This document shows positions 50,636 through 60,176 of a DNA stretch of 64,000 nt, piece by piece. The notes under the pieces are model-generated. The model saw only the letters and a program-made list of their open reading frames with translations. It did no database searches and had not been told where the DNA came from. How positions within the stretch are numbered: position 1 is the stretch's first letter; each line of letters begins with the position of its first letter. Location of the stretch: positions 6,921-70,920 of the forward strand of contig JAZDPX010000006.1 in the NCBI GenBank assembly GCA_043797125.1, in the 5' to 3' direction. The position numbers were made by a program, and so were the translations under genes. Source of the stretch: Candidatus Omnitrophota bacterium. Its GTDB lineage: Bacteria; Omnitrophota; Gorgyraeia; JABMRG01; JAFGKX01.

Positions 50636-51616
50636 TTAATCCTCGTAATAAACATTTCGATAAACATCTTCTTTTTCTGGAAACGGGCTATTTTTGGCAA
50701 AACGGACTGCTACTTCAATTTCTTTTTGAATTAGTGAATGCAAATTAACAATCTGCTGTTGCGTCAATATATTTTTTTTCAAACAATACGCCTCAATTCT
50801 TTTGAGAGGACATCGCCGTATCCAAATATCCACTTCATGTTTTGGGCGATACCCTTTTTCCGCATCGCAATCAGGTCCCACGTGGCTCTTCCAACGGTAC
50901 GTGCGGCACTCCAGAAGAAACGGCCCTTTACCTTCTCTTACCTTCTTCAGTAACCTTCCTGACAATTCCCATATTTTTAAAGCGTCGTTGCCGTCACACC
51001 GAAAACCCGGAATACCAAAAATCTTCCCTCTTTTAAAAATATTATCCAGAGGCTGGCGGGCTTTCTGCGAAGAGTTGGTGGCATAAAAGTTATTCTCACA
51101 GACAAATAAAACACGCAATTTTTTCAAGGCGGCAAAATTAAGGCTTTCGTAAAATACGCCTTCATCAGTTGCGCCATCCCCAAAAAACGCGACTGCCACA
51201 CGTTTTTCCTTCCTAAATTTTATGCTCAGAGCGGCCCCCACTGCCAATGGAATACCGCCTCCGACAATCGCCGATGTAGCAAAAATCCCTACGCTAGGAT
51301 CAGCCAAATGCATAGAACCGCCCTTCCCGCGGCAAGAACCGGTCCTTTTGCCGTAGAGTTCGGCCATCATCGCGTCTGTCGCCATGCCCTTGGCGATACA
51401 GTGGCCGTGGCATCGGTGTGTCGTAAATACGTAATCCTCTTTTGTTAAATGCGCGCAAACCGCTGCGGCAGGCGCCTCCTGCCCTAGACATAAATGAACA
51501 GGCGTTCTTATCTCCTGCTGCGGATAGAGGGCAACTATGCGCTCTTCAAAGAGACGAATCTTAAGCATTGTCGCGTAAATGGCCCTTATGCAATCCTTGT
51601 GTGAACCTGAATTCAT
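50636..51616 (-). CDS. TPP-dependent dehydrogenase E1 alpha-like subunit
   Basis: HLCLGQEA, HRCHGH, GKGGSMH, TPP motif GDGA...ENN, TYRWKSHVG. Confidence 0.93.
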   Translation of the reverse strand: MNSGSHKDCIRAIYATMLKIRLFEERIVALYPQQEIRTPVHLCLGQEAPAAAVCAHLTKEDYVFTTHRCHGHCIAKGMATDAMMAELYGKRTGSCRGKGGSMHLADPSVGIFATSAIVGGGIPLAVGAALSIKFRKEKRVAVAFFGDGATDEGVFYESLNFAALKKLRVLFVCENNFYATNSSQKARQPLDNIFKRGKIFGIPGFRCDGNDALKIWELSGRLLKKVREGKGPFLLECRTYRWKSHVGPDCDAEKGYRPKHEVDIWIRRCPLKRIEAYCLKKNILTQQQIVNLHSLIQKEIEVAVRFAKNSPFPEKEDVYRNVYYED

Positions 51617-51633
51617 ATTCTACTTTTTTTGCC

Positions 51634-52701
51634 TTAAATAAAGTTAATATGCAAAGCTGGGTGCTTTAGCTCCCAAAGATAACTGTTAATCTTATCCAAG
51701 CGACAAACCTCGCGACACTTACCCGCATCCAGCTTAACAGCAGCTCTGTGGATAATGGCTGCTCGGCGTTTGCCGGCCATTATTTTCTTAAAGCTGTCTT
51801 GATAAATATTGCCGTAACAAAACTCTTTCTTTCCCAAAAACGCACTGCAGGCATATATATCACCGCAAGCGTTAATATACGCCCAAAACGGCAGCCCTAA
51901 ACAATGCTGATAATCCCTGCCCTTACCGATGCGATTCATCGTCTCGCTCCGAAAAATAACCTTAAATGTCTTATCCTCCGTCTTCTTCAGGGTTTTTGCT
52001 AGCGCCGTATGATCTTCGCAAGCAAAGCGCTGGTCTATCGCAGAATTGCTAAGGGGATGTTGCGAATATGGCTTGATTGTCAGGTAATCAACACCCATAC
52101 CTTTTAAAATTTTTGCCAGAGTAAGCGCCTCATGCACATTCTCCGGGATCATCAAGAATTGAACGCCAATAACGACCGGTGATTTCTTTTGTTTTTTGAT
52201 CAAGACAGCCGCCTTAATGTTATCTAAAACTATTGAGAAATCCTGTTTCCTGGCGCGGTGGACGCGCGCATAATTCCCGGGCGTTGCGGCATTAAGGCTT
52301 ATGCGTATCCAGGCAAGAGAACTCAATATCTTTTCCGAAACGGCCTTACTCAATAACACCCCGTTTGTAGTTATCGCAACATCAATCTCGCATTTTTTTG
52401 TGAATAACACAATTTTATCAATATCCTTGTTCAGCAAAGGCTCTCCTTCTCCCGCATACATAATACTTTTGACGCCTAAGGACGCCGCTTGCGTAACAGT
52501 TTTTCTTAAGATGTCAAAATCCAAAAACCTCGTCTGATAACTCAAGTAATCAAGGGCGCAAAAAATGCAACGTTGGTTACAACCGCCTGCAGGAGCTATT
52601 TCTAAATAGATAGGACAGATACTTTTACCCCGTAGCCATTCATTGACCCTATCAACATGAAAAATAAGTTTATGGCTGTCTATCCTGAAAAAATCACTCA
52701 T
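51634..52701 (-). CDS. Radical SAM protein with SPASM/twitch domain (paralog of 47698-48801)
   Basis: CNQRCIFC, GEGEP, TTNG; CLG...YAC...YGNI...CREVC; same terminal HINFI. Confidence 0.9.
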   Translation of the reverse strand: MSDFFRIDSHKLIFHVDRVNEWLRGKSICPIYLEIAPAGGCNQRCIFCALDYLSYQTRFLDFDILRKTVTQAASLGVKSIMYAGEGEPLLNKDIDKIVLFTKKCEIDVAITTNGVLLSKAVSEKILSSLAWIRISLNAATPGNYARVHRARKQDFSIVLDNIKAAVLIKKQKKSPVVIGVQFLMIPENVHEALTLAKILKGMGVDYLTIKPYSQHPLSNSAIDQRFACEDHTALAKTLKKTEDKTFKVIFRSETMNRIGKGRDYQHCLGLPFWAYINACGDIYACSAFLGKKEFCYGNIYQDSFKKIMAGKRRAAIIHRAAVKLDAGKCREVCRLDKINSYLWELKHPALHINFI

Positions 52702-53642
52702 CGCCTTGCGCCTTTGTGGTGAATCAATGCCTCCACATTTTTATTAACCTTTTCAGGGCTAATAAATTCCATACAATTTTTCTTTTGCGTGCATGTTGTG
52801 TGCAAACAAGGAACGCACTTATAAGGGGCATCGGGAAGAATTTTAACACCTCTTTCATAAAGATATATCTCTCTTGAAGATGTCGGCCCAAAGAGCACAA
52901 TAATCTTTTTTTTCAGCGCAATTCCCAAATGCATTCCTAAGCTGTCATTTGTAATAACCAGCCGGCATGAATTAATCCAATCCATATACTCATGCAGGTT
53001 GGTAAGTCCCTTCTGCCACGTGATTGAAAATTGCCTTTTAAGCAAACGTTCTAGCGCCTTCCAATGCTTTTTAGGCCAGGCTTTATTAGGCCATTTACTG
53101 CCTACAGCCCAGTTAAAACCTATATCATATTTAATTTTAGAATGAGGGGTATATCCCAAGACATAATCATCTTTCTCTGTCCATTTATTTTTAATGATGG
53201 AAGCCAATGCTTCCTGCCAGTATCTCATATTGCCCCTTTTTATGTCAGGGTCTAAACACAGCGCCAGATATTTCTCCGCGCCGTCATAGGCTTGTGCTAC
53301 GCCCCGCTCAGTATCAAACCTGAATCCAAAACGACGCCAGGCATTAATAGAATCGGAAAACGCGCAAATTCCTGGGCTTTTCTCAAGATTGATAACCGTA
53401 TCAAACCTTTCCCGCTGCAACTGTAAAACTGACTCAAGATTAAAAATTAATATCCGCCGTATAAGGGGATTGCCTTCCAGCAACGGATATGCCTTTTCAT
53501 CCACAAGCCAGGTGACATCATCGTTTTTCAGGTAATGAAGGATAACTGTAGTCCTTAGAATATCGCCCAGGCTCGTCGTAGTTCCGACCTCTTTATCCAG
53601 CGTTTCCGAGTAGCCTAATTTAATAATAAGTACCTTTTCCAT
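52698..53642 (-). CDS. GT9-family glycosyltransferase
   Basis: SLGDILRTT, WPNKAWP, TNDSLGMH, LFGPT. Confidence 0.85.
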   Translation of the reverse strand: MEKVLIIKLGYSETLDKEVGTTTSLGDILRTTVILHYLKNDDVTWLVDEKAYPLLEGNPLIRRILIFNLESVLQLQRERFDTVINLEKSPGICAFSDSINAWRRFGFRFDTERGVAQAYDGAEKYLALCLDPDIKRGNMRYWQEALASIIKNKWTEKDDYVLGYTPHSKIKYDIGFNWAVGSKWPNKAWPKKHWKALERLLKRQFSITWQKGLTNLHEYMDWINSCRLVITNDSLGMHLGIALKKKIIVLFGPTSSREIYLYERGVKILPDAPYKCVPCLHTTCTQKKNCMEFISPEKVNKNVEALIHHKGARR

Positions 53643-53671
53643 TTTTTCACCTCTATATATATCATCTATAA

Positions 53672-55612
53672 TTATGAACTCAAACGGACTTTTCCTAATA
53701 TCACTCTTCCCAGAGAATCAACCCGCTCATCCTGGCCTACAGGTAAAATCTGGCCGTCGCCCAAAACAAATAGACTCATCTTTACCTCGCAGCTTCCCTG
53801 CATAATGTTGTCGGGAATACTAACATAATGATGTTCTTGGATGACTTCGCCTTCAGGGAATGCATCGGGAGGATAAATCCTATAACCAAAACTATGCATT
53901 TTTTGAAAAATAATATCTCCTTTTGGCCCTAAAAAATTCAGGGAAAGCCCAAGCGGATGCCCAGCTTCACCCAGGCGCTTCCAGTAGTAAACAAAATGAA
54001 TAACGTTTCCAGACGCATTGTGTTCCCTGATGATATCATACCCTAAAAAAGCTATCTTGTCAGCGAAGTTTATATTGAATTTGCTTTTAACAGACAAGTC
54101 CGATCCCGGCTTGCACAATGCATCTGTTTTTGCGCCATCCTTTGTAAATAACACTACATCGTCCCTTGCATCCTGCACGCGCCAGTTCCCGCGCTCAAGA
54201 AAAGTACGGATGTTGGCAGGGGCATCCGGCGGAAAAAAGGAACCAACCATCAAAGACTCATTAAAATCCACCAATACATATTCCAGGCCTTCCGGTGGTA
54301 CGTATTTTGTCTGAGTATACATTTTATACCCCATTGACACCAAGTGCAACGAATAAAGGTCCTTCCTGTTAGCCAGGTGCGGCAAAAATTGAAAAGTGGC
54401 CATTACGGATGCGTTAGGGGGAATACTTTGAACTAATCTCTGCTTCGCCCTAGCCGCATCGTCAATTGAAAATGATCTGACATACTCTCGAATGCGCAGC
54501 TGAGGCGCCTCCAAAAAAAATCCGGCCAGAATAGAGACTGACAAAAAAGCGGCCAAAAAAAAGTAACGATAAGCATGACCAGCTTTTAATCCCAAATTTT
54601 TCTTTAATGTCCATACCGTAGATACGAATATGAAAGGCACAAGTAAGGCCGTATAGTGATAATTAATCTGAGAGTGCGGCCACATCGAGGATAGAAGATT
54701 CTGGGCAAAAATCGGCAAGGTCATCAATAAAACTCCCGGGCTAAAAAATCCCAGAAAACCAACGGGGAGAAAAAGAAAAAGGGGATAAAAATATTTTCCG
54801 CGACTGAAAGCAAAACGCAAAACCGCCAGAGGATGCACCATGGTTGTTTGAAGCATCGCCAGCATAGTGCTGCCTAAGTGGCGGTAATAACTGCTAAAGA
54901 TAAAACCTTCCTGATATAAGTTAGAGTCTTTGGCAAAATACGGAATGACGATTTTAACCGCCAGGAAAAACCATCCTGCGCCTAATAAGAGCGGCGTCAC
55001 AATCCACCGTAAAGACCTTCGCCGCAGAATACCATAGAAACCAAACATAAAAACCACAAGGCTGACATTCTCTTTGCACAAAAGAGCCAAAAGAATAAAG
55101 ATCATGAACTTTTTAAAATTTCCCCTTTCAAAATAAAGAATCGCAAAAAAGAGAAAAAATATTTCATATATTTCAAAATGGGTTTCAAAAAGATTGATGA
55201 ATCCTATGGAAGGATACAATAAATAAGCAAGGCTGACCGCCAGCGCAAAGGGTCTATCAAGTTTAGATGCGGCAAAAAGGTATAAAGGATAGGCAGCCAA
55301 CCCCAGGAAAAGGCTTTGCAAAAAAAGCAGCGTCAGAGGATGTTGAAAAACCGCGTAAATAGGGATTATAAAAAAAATGATTAGATACAGGTGGGCCCCA
55401 AAGATATTTTGTTCCAAAAAAGGATAATATAACAGCCGGCCATGAGCGCTGTTGTAGAGAATAGTCAAATCACTGGCGAAATCCCAGTCAAAATAGCCGA
55501 AGGCATAATATTTTAAAAAAGAGAGGTAGCAAAAAATGACGACATGAGCAGCAATCATCAGCCAAATGATTTTATCGCAAGTCACCTTCGGTATTTTACT
55601 GTTTTTATCCAT
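53672..55612 (-). CDS. DUF2079-like GT-C membrane protein
   Basis: FDWDFA, FGAH, TLLFLQSLFLGLAAYP, YLLYPS, FETHFE, LCKE, YHYTA; start moved to ATG 55612. Confidence 0.75.
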   Translation of the reverse strand: MDKNSKIPKVTCDKIIWLMIAAHVVIFCYLSFLKYYAFGYFDWDFASDLTILYNSAHGRLLYYPFLEQNIFGAHLYLIIFFIIPIYAVFQHPLTLLFLQSLFLGLAAYPLYLFAASKLDRPFALAVSLAYLLYPSIGFINLFETHFEIYEIFFLFFAILYFERGNFKKFMIFILLALLCKENVSLVVFMFGFYGILRRRSLRWIVTPLLLGAGWFFLAVKIVIPYFAKDSNLYQEGFIFSSYYRHLGSTMLAMLQTTMVHPLAVLRFAFSRGKYFYPLFLFLPVGFLGFFSPGVLLMTLPIFAQNLLSSMWPHSQINYHYTALLVPFIFVSTVWTLKKNLGLKAGHAYRYFFLAAFLSVSILAGFFLEAPQLRIREYVRSFSIDDAARAKQRLVQSIPPNASVMATFQFLPHLANRKDLYSLHLVSMGYKMYTQTKYVPPEGLEYVLVDFNESLMVGSFFPPDAPANIRTFLERGNWRVQDARDDVVLFTKDGAKTDALCKPGSDLSVKSKFNINFADKIAFLGYDIIREHNASGNVIHFVYYWKRLGEAGHPLGLSLNFLGPKGDIIFQKMHSFGYRIYPPDAFPEGEVIQEHHYVSIPDNIMQGSCEVKMSLFVLGDGQILPVGQDERVDSLGRVILGKVRLSS

Positions 55613-55614
55613 TA

Positions 55615-57075
55615 TTAAAATAGGTTTCTGAAAAAGGACTTGAGTAAACTCATGCTTAGGCGCGTTAAAGAAGACCACTCCTGCAGGCTTAAATACCAGC
55701 GCTCAGGAAGGTAAAACCATCCTGCAGGGCCAACGCGTTTTACCAAAAGCCTAAAAACCTTTTTAGGCCTTAGGGAAAAAAACAGATTGGCTCTGACAAT
55801 ATCCCTTTTTAAAATTTTCTCATCGCAGTCCACAGGCACATAGGGCAGTCTTGTCTCTGTAAGAGAATCGCTTACAAGCGAGCCGCAGGCATTCAAATTA
55901 GACCAATCTTTTTCCGCAAAAATACGTCCTTCTTTCTTGGCCATTTCATAGAGTTGCGTGCCGGGATACGGAGTCGCGTTGTTAAACCTCACATAATCTA
56001 AATCCATCTGCCTGGCCATGCGGTAAGCGCTTAAGCGATCAGCTCTTGTCTCTGTCGGGAGGCCGAAAATAAAAGTCCCTGAAACGCCGAGTCCGTGTTT
56101 TTTGACCAGCTTCACGGCCTCGATGTTCTGGCGCACAGTTTCTTTTTTATTGAGTAAAACCATTAACCTTTCCGAAGAGGTCTCAAAACCGAAATTAATC
56201 AAACGGAATCCGGCCTTTCTAAGCAGGCTCAAGATTTGGCCATTGACGGCATCTGCTCTTGTCTGACAATCAAACGTCACCTTCTCATGTAGCTTACTGT
56301 TAATAATTCCTTCGCATAGTTGAATAACTCTTTGTTGATTAGCGGTGAAGTTATCGTCAACAAAATTGATATGTATTTGATGATATTTATTTACGAGAAG
56401 ATCTATATCTCTTAGCACTGCTTCTGCTGGAAAATAGCGGTATCTCTGTCCGGAAATATTTCGTTGACTGCAGAATATACAATCGTAGGGGCAGCCTCTG
56501 GAGCTGGCGATAAAACCAAAATTGTACCTGTTAGGCTTATTATTAAAAAGATGGTATGGGAAAGGGGCAAGAACGCTTAAATCAGGCAATTCGGCATTAG
56601 GATTATGAATAATCCGGCCATTGGTTCTATAAGAAAGGCCGCAAATACGAGTTACATCCCTGTTTTCTTTAATGGCCTCGCAAAACTCAAGCAGCGTATT
56701 CTCTGCCTCTCTTCTAAGTACATAATCAATATCCCTGTTGCCCAATACCTCATCGGGCATAACCGTCGGATGAATGCCACCCATTACTATTTTTGATTCC
56801 GGGTAAAGGCCCTTGATTATCCCGACTATTTCATAGCTTCTTTTTGCGCAAGCAGTCAACGTTGAAATTCCAAAAAGATAAGGAGGGGAAAATAATGCAG
56901 CGCTCTTTCTAATTAGCTCTTCGGATATAGGGTTAATGTGCTCATCAAGGACGCTAACCTTATGCCCTTTTGAAAGCAGAGAACCGGCCAAATACCCTAA
57001 TCCTATAGGGACGCTTAAAGGGACGTAACGCTCAAATATGCCAAATTTTGTTGATTTCGGATTGATTAAAATCAT
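55615..57075 (-). CDS. Cobalamin-binding radical SAM protein (class B methyltransferase-like)
   Basis: PIGLGYLA, GGIHPT, SRGCPYDCIFC, DDNF, GFETSS, FIFGLPTET, TPYPGT. TATACT lies 6 nt before the ATG, suggesting a leaderless transcript. Confidence 0.92.
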   Translation of the reverse strand: MILINPKSTKFGIFERYVPLSVPIGLGYLAGSLLSKGHKVSVLDEHINPISEELIRKSAALFSPPYLFGISTLTACAKRSYEIVGIIKGLYPESKIVMGGIHPTVMPDEVLGNRDIDYVLRREAENTLLEFCEAIKENRDVTRICGLSYRTNGRIIHNPNAELPDLSVLAPFPYHLFNNKPNRYNFGFIASSRGCPYDCIFCSQRNISGQRYRYFPAEAVLRDIDLLVNKYHQIHINFVDDNFTANQQRVIQLCEGIINSKLHEKVTFDCQTRADAVNGQILSLLRKAGFRLINFGFETSSERLMVLLNKKETVRQNIEAVKLVKKHGLGVSGTFIFGLPTETRADRLSAYRMARQMDLDYVRFNNATPYPGTQLYEMAKKEGRIFAEKDWSNLNACGSLVSDSLTETRLPYVPVDCDEKILKRDIVRANLFFSLRPKKVFRLLVKRVGPAGWFYLPERWYLSLQEWSSLTRLSMSLLKSFFRNLF

Positions 57076-57110
57076 GCTGTAAGTATATCAAAAAACACAT
57101 ATTAACACAA

Positions 57111-59138
57111 CTAAACTTTGTGTAACGATTTAACCCTTTTTGGCTCCTTAAGCAATCTCTTTGCTTCCTTTATAAACATTTTTACCTGTTCGTCTGTGGG
57201 GTCTAACAATAATGCCGTCTCAAATTCCCTCAATGCCTCCCTAAAACGATTAAGGCGCGTGTAGGTTACGCCTAAGTTTTTATGGACATCAATATCAAGC
57301 GGACTAATCTTTGCCGCCTTTAAAAAGGCGTCAAATGCCTCGTCGTAATTGCCCAGTTTCGATAACGCAATACCTTTGGCATTTTGAACCATAACATTCA
57401 TTGGGCATATATCTTCTGCTATTTTTATAGCCAGCAGCGTATTTTTTGGCATATCAAGATCATAAAAAAATCTTGCCATGTTAATATAAGAGGCGGGATA
57501 ATATGCTTCTTTTTTGGCTATTTTTATGAGATTTTGCGACGGCTCTATTTTAAAATTTTCTAATTTAATCCTGTTTTTCTTTATCATACCTTTAAGTTGA
57601 GGGATATTGCGCGCAAATATAACAGAGTTTACATCCAAAAATACCAATTCCCAGTTTTTGCTGTGATATAGAAAATTAAAAAGTTCTTTAGAAATACCGG
57701 ATATCTCTGCGAAATATAATACAACAAAACCTACATTTTTCTCTTTGGCAAGTTGGTCTATTTTTTCTGGATTCATAAAATAGCTGTGGTATTCTTCGAT
57801 AAAATCATCACCGTAGACCTCTGTCCTCCCATCTATAAAAACCTTATAATCAGGGAAGAGCTTGCGCACCATATAAGCGCCGCAGTTAAAATGATTAAAT
57901 ATATTGACATGCGCCTTGGAATCTTTTATAAAATTTGCGCAAGCTTCAGGGCAAATAAGTTCATTGACTCCAAAAACAATGCTTTTTGCGTCTCCTTTTA
58001 AATTATATATATACTTTGTCCTTAAAAAGCCGTTTGCTTCGCTTGTGCAACCCAATATTATAAGCAAACAAGCAACTGTTGCAATCAGATTACAATACAA
58101 AGGTTTTATTGTCGGAATATCATAATTTAAAATTTTTATCCTTATTCCGTTAAATTCTTTTAAGTTAAATAAAGCAAACATACCGCTAGATAAGGCGAAT
58201 ATTGCAACGTGCCTTCTGGCTTTCAAAAAAAGCGCAAGGCAGATAAAAAAAACAATTATGTCAAATATGCATATCCTCTTTATGTTTAAAAGCAGGCTTG
58301 AGAAAAAAATAAAAAGGAGCAAAAAAAGGCAAAGATCTCTCCCGAAAACTACATCAAATAAGTTAGTCGGCCTTAATTCCGCTATAAACTTGAATGCAAA
58401 CTCATCTTCTTTTTGCAGCGTTGATGACATAACCCTAAATGGATAGCTTAGGCCTTCTAAGAAATTTGGGTTAACTAAACAGGCAAGTATTAATAAAAAT
58501 AAAAGCCATGTAAGCCTTTTTAAATTGTTATAACTTATTTTATTCTCATTCCAGAAAAATGGTAATGGGACATTGCGTTCTATAATCTTGGATATAAGGT
58601 ATAAAAATAAAATAACAGGGCCTGTTATAAAGTAGCCGTGGATATTAACCCATAAAATTTGAAGCGGTATAAGTAAAAATATACGCCTTTTATCATAATG
58701 TTCCTTTATAAGATAAAGAAATATGCCGGTAAACAGCAGAGATACGATATCAGGCCGGCAAAATAGCCTCGCGCGCATTAACTGAAATGAGGCAAAAATA
58801 ACAAGCAAAGAAAGGATAAAATATTTGTTTCGCCTTGCTATTAAATATAAAATAAAAAGAAGTGCTGACATGACAATAAAACATAAAATAACCAGCCCGC
58901 TAAAACCCGCTATTTTAAAAATAAGGTATGTGAAAAGCTGGAAAAGCCATTCATGGTCAACCCATTTCTTTCCTTCAATCATATAGGAATAAAGCTGCTC
59001 GGTGGGAACTCTAAGGTTCTGGAAAATCCATTCGCCGGTTTTAATATGAAGGTTTATATCATATTCCTGGATTTGCACCAAAGCAAACAAGCTTGCAATA
59101 AAACAAATATATATATAAACTGCCTTTTTTAGATACAT
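57111..59138 (-). CDS. Multi-pass GT-C-like membrane protein with C-terminal TPRs (candidate pilin glycosyltransferase)
   Basis: DINLHIKTGEWI, WVDHEWLFQ, RPD, LWVNIHG, VNP, VFIDGRTEVY; TPR helices at the C-terminus; adjacent to the pilins. Confidence 0.7.
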   Translation of the reverse strand: MYLKKAVYIYICFIASLFALVQIQEYDINLHIKTGEWIFQNLRVPTEQLYSYMIEGKKWVDHEWLFQLFTYLIFKIAGFSGLVILCFIVMSALLFILYLIARRNKYFILSLLVIFASFQLMRARLFCRPDIVSLLFTGIFLYLIKEHYDKRRIFLLIPLQILWVNIHGYFITGPVILFLYLISKIIERNVPLPFFWNENKISYNNLKRLTWLLFLLILACLVNPNFLEGLSYPFRVMSSTLQKEDEFAFKFIAELRPTNLFDVVFGRDLCLFLLLFIFFSSLLLNIKRICIFDIIVFFICLALFLKARRHVAIFALSSGMFALFNLKEFNGIRIKILNYDIPTIKPLYCNLIATVACLLIILGCTSEANGFLRTKYIYNLKGDAKSIVFGVNELICPEACANFIKDSKAHVNIFNHFNCGAYMVRKLFPDYKVFIDGRTEVYGDDFIEEYHSYFMNPEKIDQLAKEKNVGFVVLYFAEISGISKELFNFLYHSKNWELVFLDVNSVIFARNIPQLKGMIKKNRIKLENFKIEPSQNLIKIAKKEAYYPASYINMARFFYDLDMPKNTLLAIKIAEDICPMNVMVQNAKGIALSKLGNYDEAFDAFLKAAKISPLDIDVHKNLGVTYTRLNRFREALREFETALLLDPTDEQVKMFIKEAKRLLKEPKRVKSLHKV

Positions 59139-59141
59139 AAT

Positions 59142-59173
59142 AAAAAGGCCGGGATCTAAAAATCTCGGCCTTT
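59142..59173 (-). terminator. Intrinsic terminator after the pilin genes
   Basis: AAAGGCCGAGAT...ATCCCGGCCTTTTT; ends 3 nt before the next ATG. Confidence 0.7.
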
Positions 59174-59200
59174 AAAAAACATTTGCTATATTAATGATTA

Positions 59201-59635
59201 TTAGTTCCAGGTTATTTCCATATTTGCAGAACCGTTAGTAGTAGCGACCATAGTAACAAACGCAGTTTTACCGCCAACTATGGGCGTATAAATAGTGCCA
59301 TTTCGCACAGCGGTAATTGTGATATTCACAGCCCTGTCTGCAGCGCTTCCTGCCGGCCAAGAATAAGAAAATAAGCTTTTATTCTTATCATCAATAATAC
59401 CGCCGATTGCAGTTTCTATTTCATAAATGTTATCAGCGGCAGCAGTGGGAAAGGCACCATTATGTTCAAGCTTATACGCCATTAGGCCTGATCTCATTGA
59501 CCCTAAAACCATTCTGCCCTCTCCTGTCCTGATTCTTTCAATCAAGCTGCCTAGTTGCGGCAGGAGCAAAGTAACTAAAATGCCTATTAAAATAACGACT
59601 AGTAAAAGTTCTATTAATGTAAAACCCTTTTTCAT
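59201..59635 (-). CDS. Type IV pilin
   Basis: Class III signal MKKG|FTLIELLLVVILIGIL. Confidence 0.92.
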   Translation of the reverse strand: MKKGFTLIELLLVVILIGILVTLLLPQLGSLIERIRTGEGRMVLGSMRSGLMAYKLEHNGAFPTAAADNIYEIETAIGGIIDDKNKSLFSYSWPAGSAADRAVNITITAVRNGTIYTPIVGGKTAFVTMVATTNGSANMEITWN

Positions 59636-59672
59636 ACATATCCCCCTTTTTTTATATTATAATAAAGCTAAA

Positions 59673-60077
59673 TTATGTCCACGAAACATTCATATCTGCT
59701 GCGCCATTTGCTTCAATCACCATATATATATGGGATTGCTTGCCTGTCCATGTACCATTACGATTGGCATTTACAAACATTCTATCTGCATTGCCGCCCG
59801 CTGGCCAACTATAATCAAACAAACTCCTGGTATCATCAGCTATATCGCCTAAAGTGCCTTCTATTGCCGCTAGACCAATGTTAGCAGCATTAGGAAATGT
59901 GCCTTCATCCATGCGATACGCCATTAACGCAGCTCTCATGGCGCCCAAGACCTGCTTTGCTTCAGCCAATCTCGCTCTTTCTTGCATACCTGATATTTGT
60001 GGTAATAATAATGTAGCTAATATACCTATTAAAATAACTACGATTAAAACTTCAATCAATGTAAAACCTCTTTTCAT
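59673..60077 (-). CDS. Type IV pilin (probable major pilin)
   Basis: GGAGG SD, MKRG|FTLIEVLIVVILIGIL; consensus promoter upstream. Confidence 0.92.
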   Translation of the reverse strand: MKRGFTLIEVLIVVILIGILATLLLPQISGMQERARLAEAKQVLGAMRAALMAYRMDEGTFPNAANIGLAAIEGTLGDIADDTRSLFDYSWPAGGNADRMFVNANRNGTWTGKQSHIYMVIEANGAADMNVSWT

Positions 60078-60129
60078 ATAAAACCTCCATGCCTCGCCAA
60101 CAGGCGGGCTTATTTTTACTTTGTATATT

Positions 60130-60157
60130 ATTATACACAAAGTATGTATGATGTCAA
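60130..60157 (-). promoter_or_regulatory. Consensus promoter of the pilin genes (TTGACA-16-TATAAT)
   Basis: Perfect hexamers. Confidence 0.75.
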
Positions 60158-60176
60158 CTATTTTACTATAAAATTT

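Noticed and set aside
49596-51616. Housekeeping pyruvate dehydrogenase (pdhAB)
   Set aside because: No E2/E3 nearby and the pair is embedded among glycosyltransferases, so no gene symbol was assigned.
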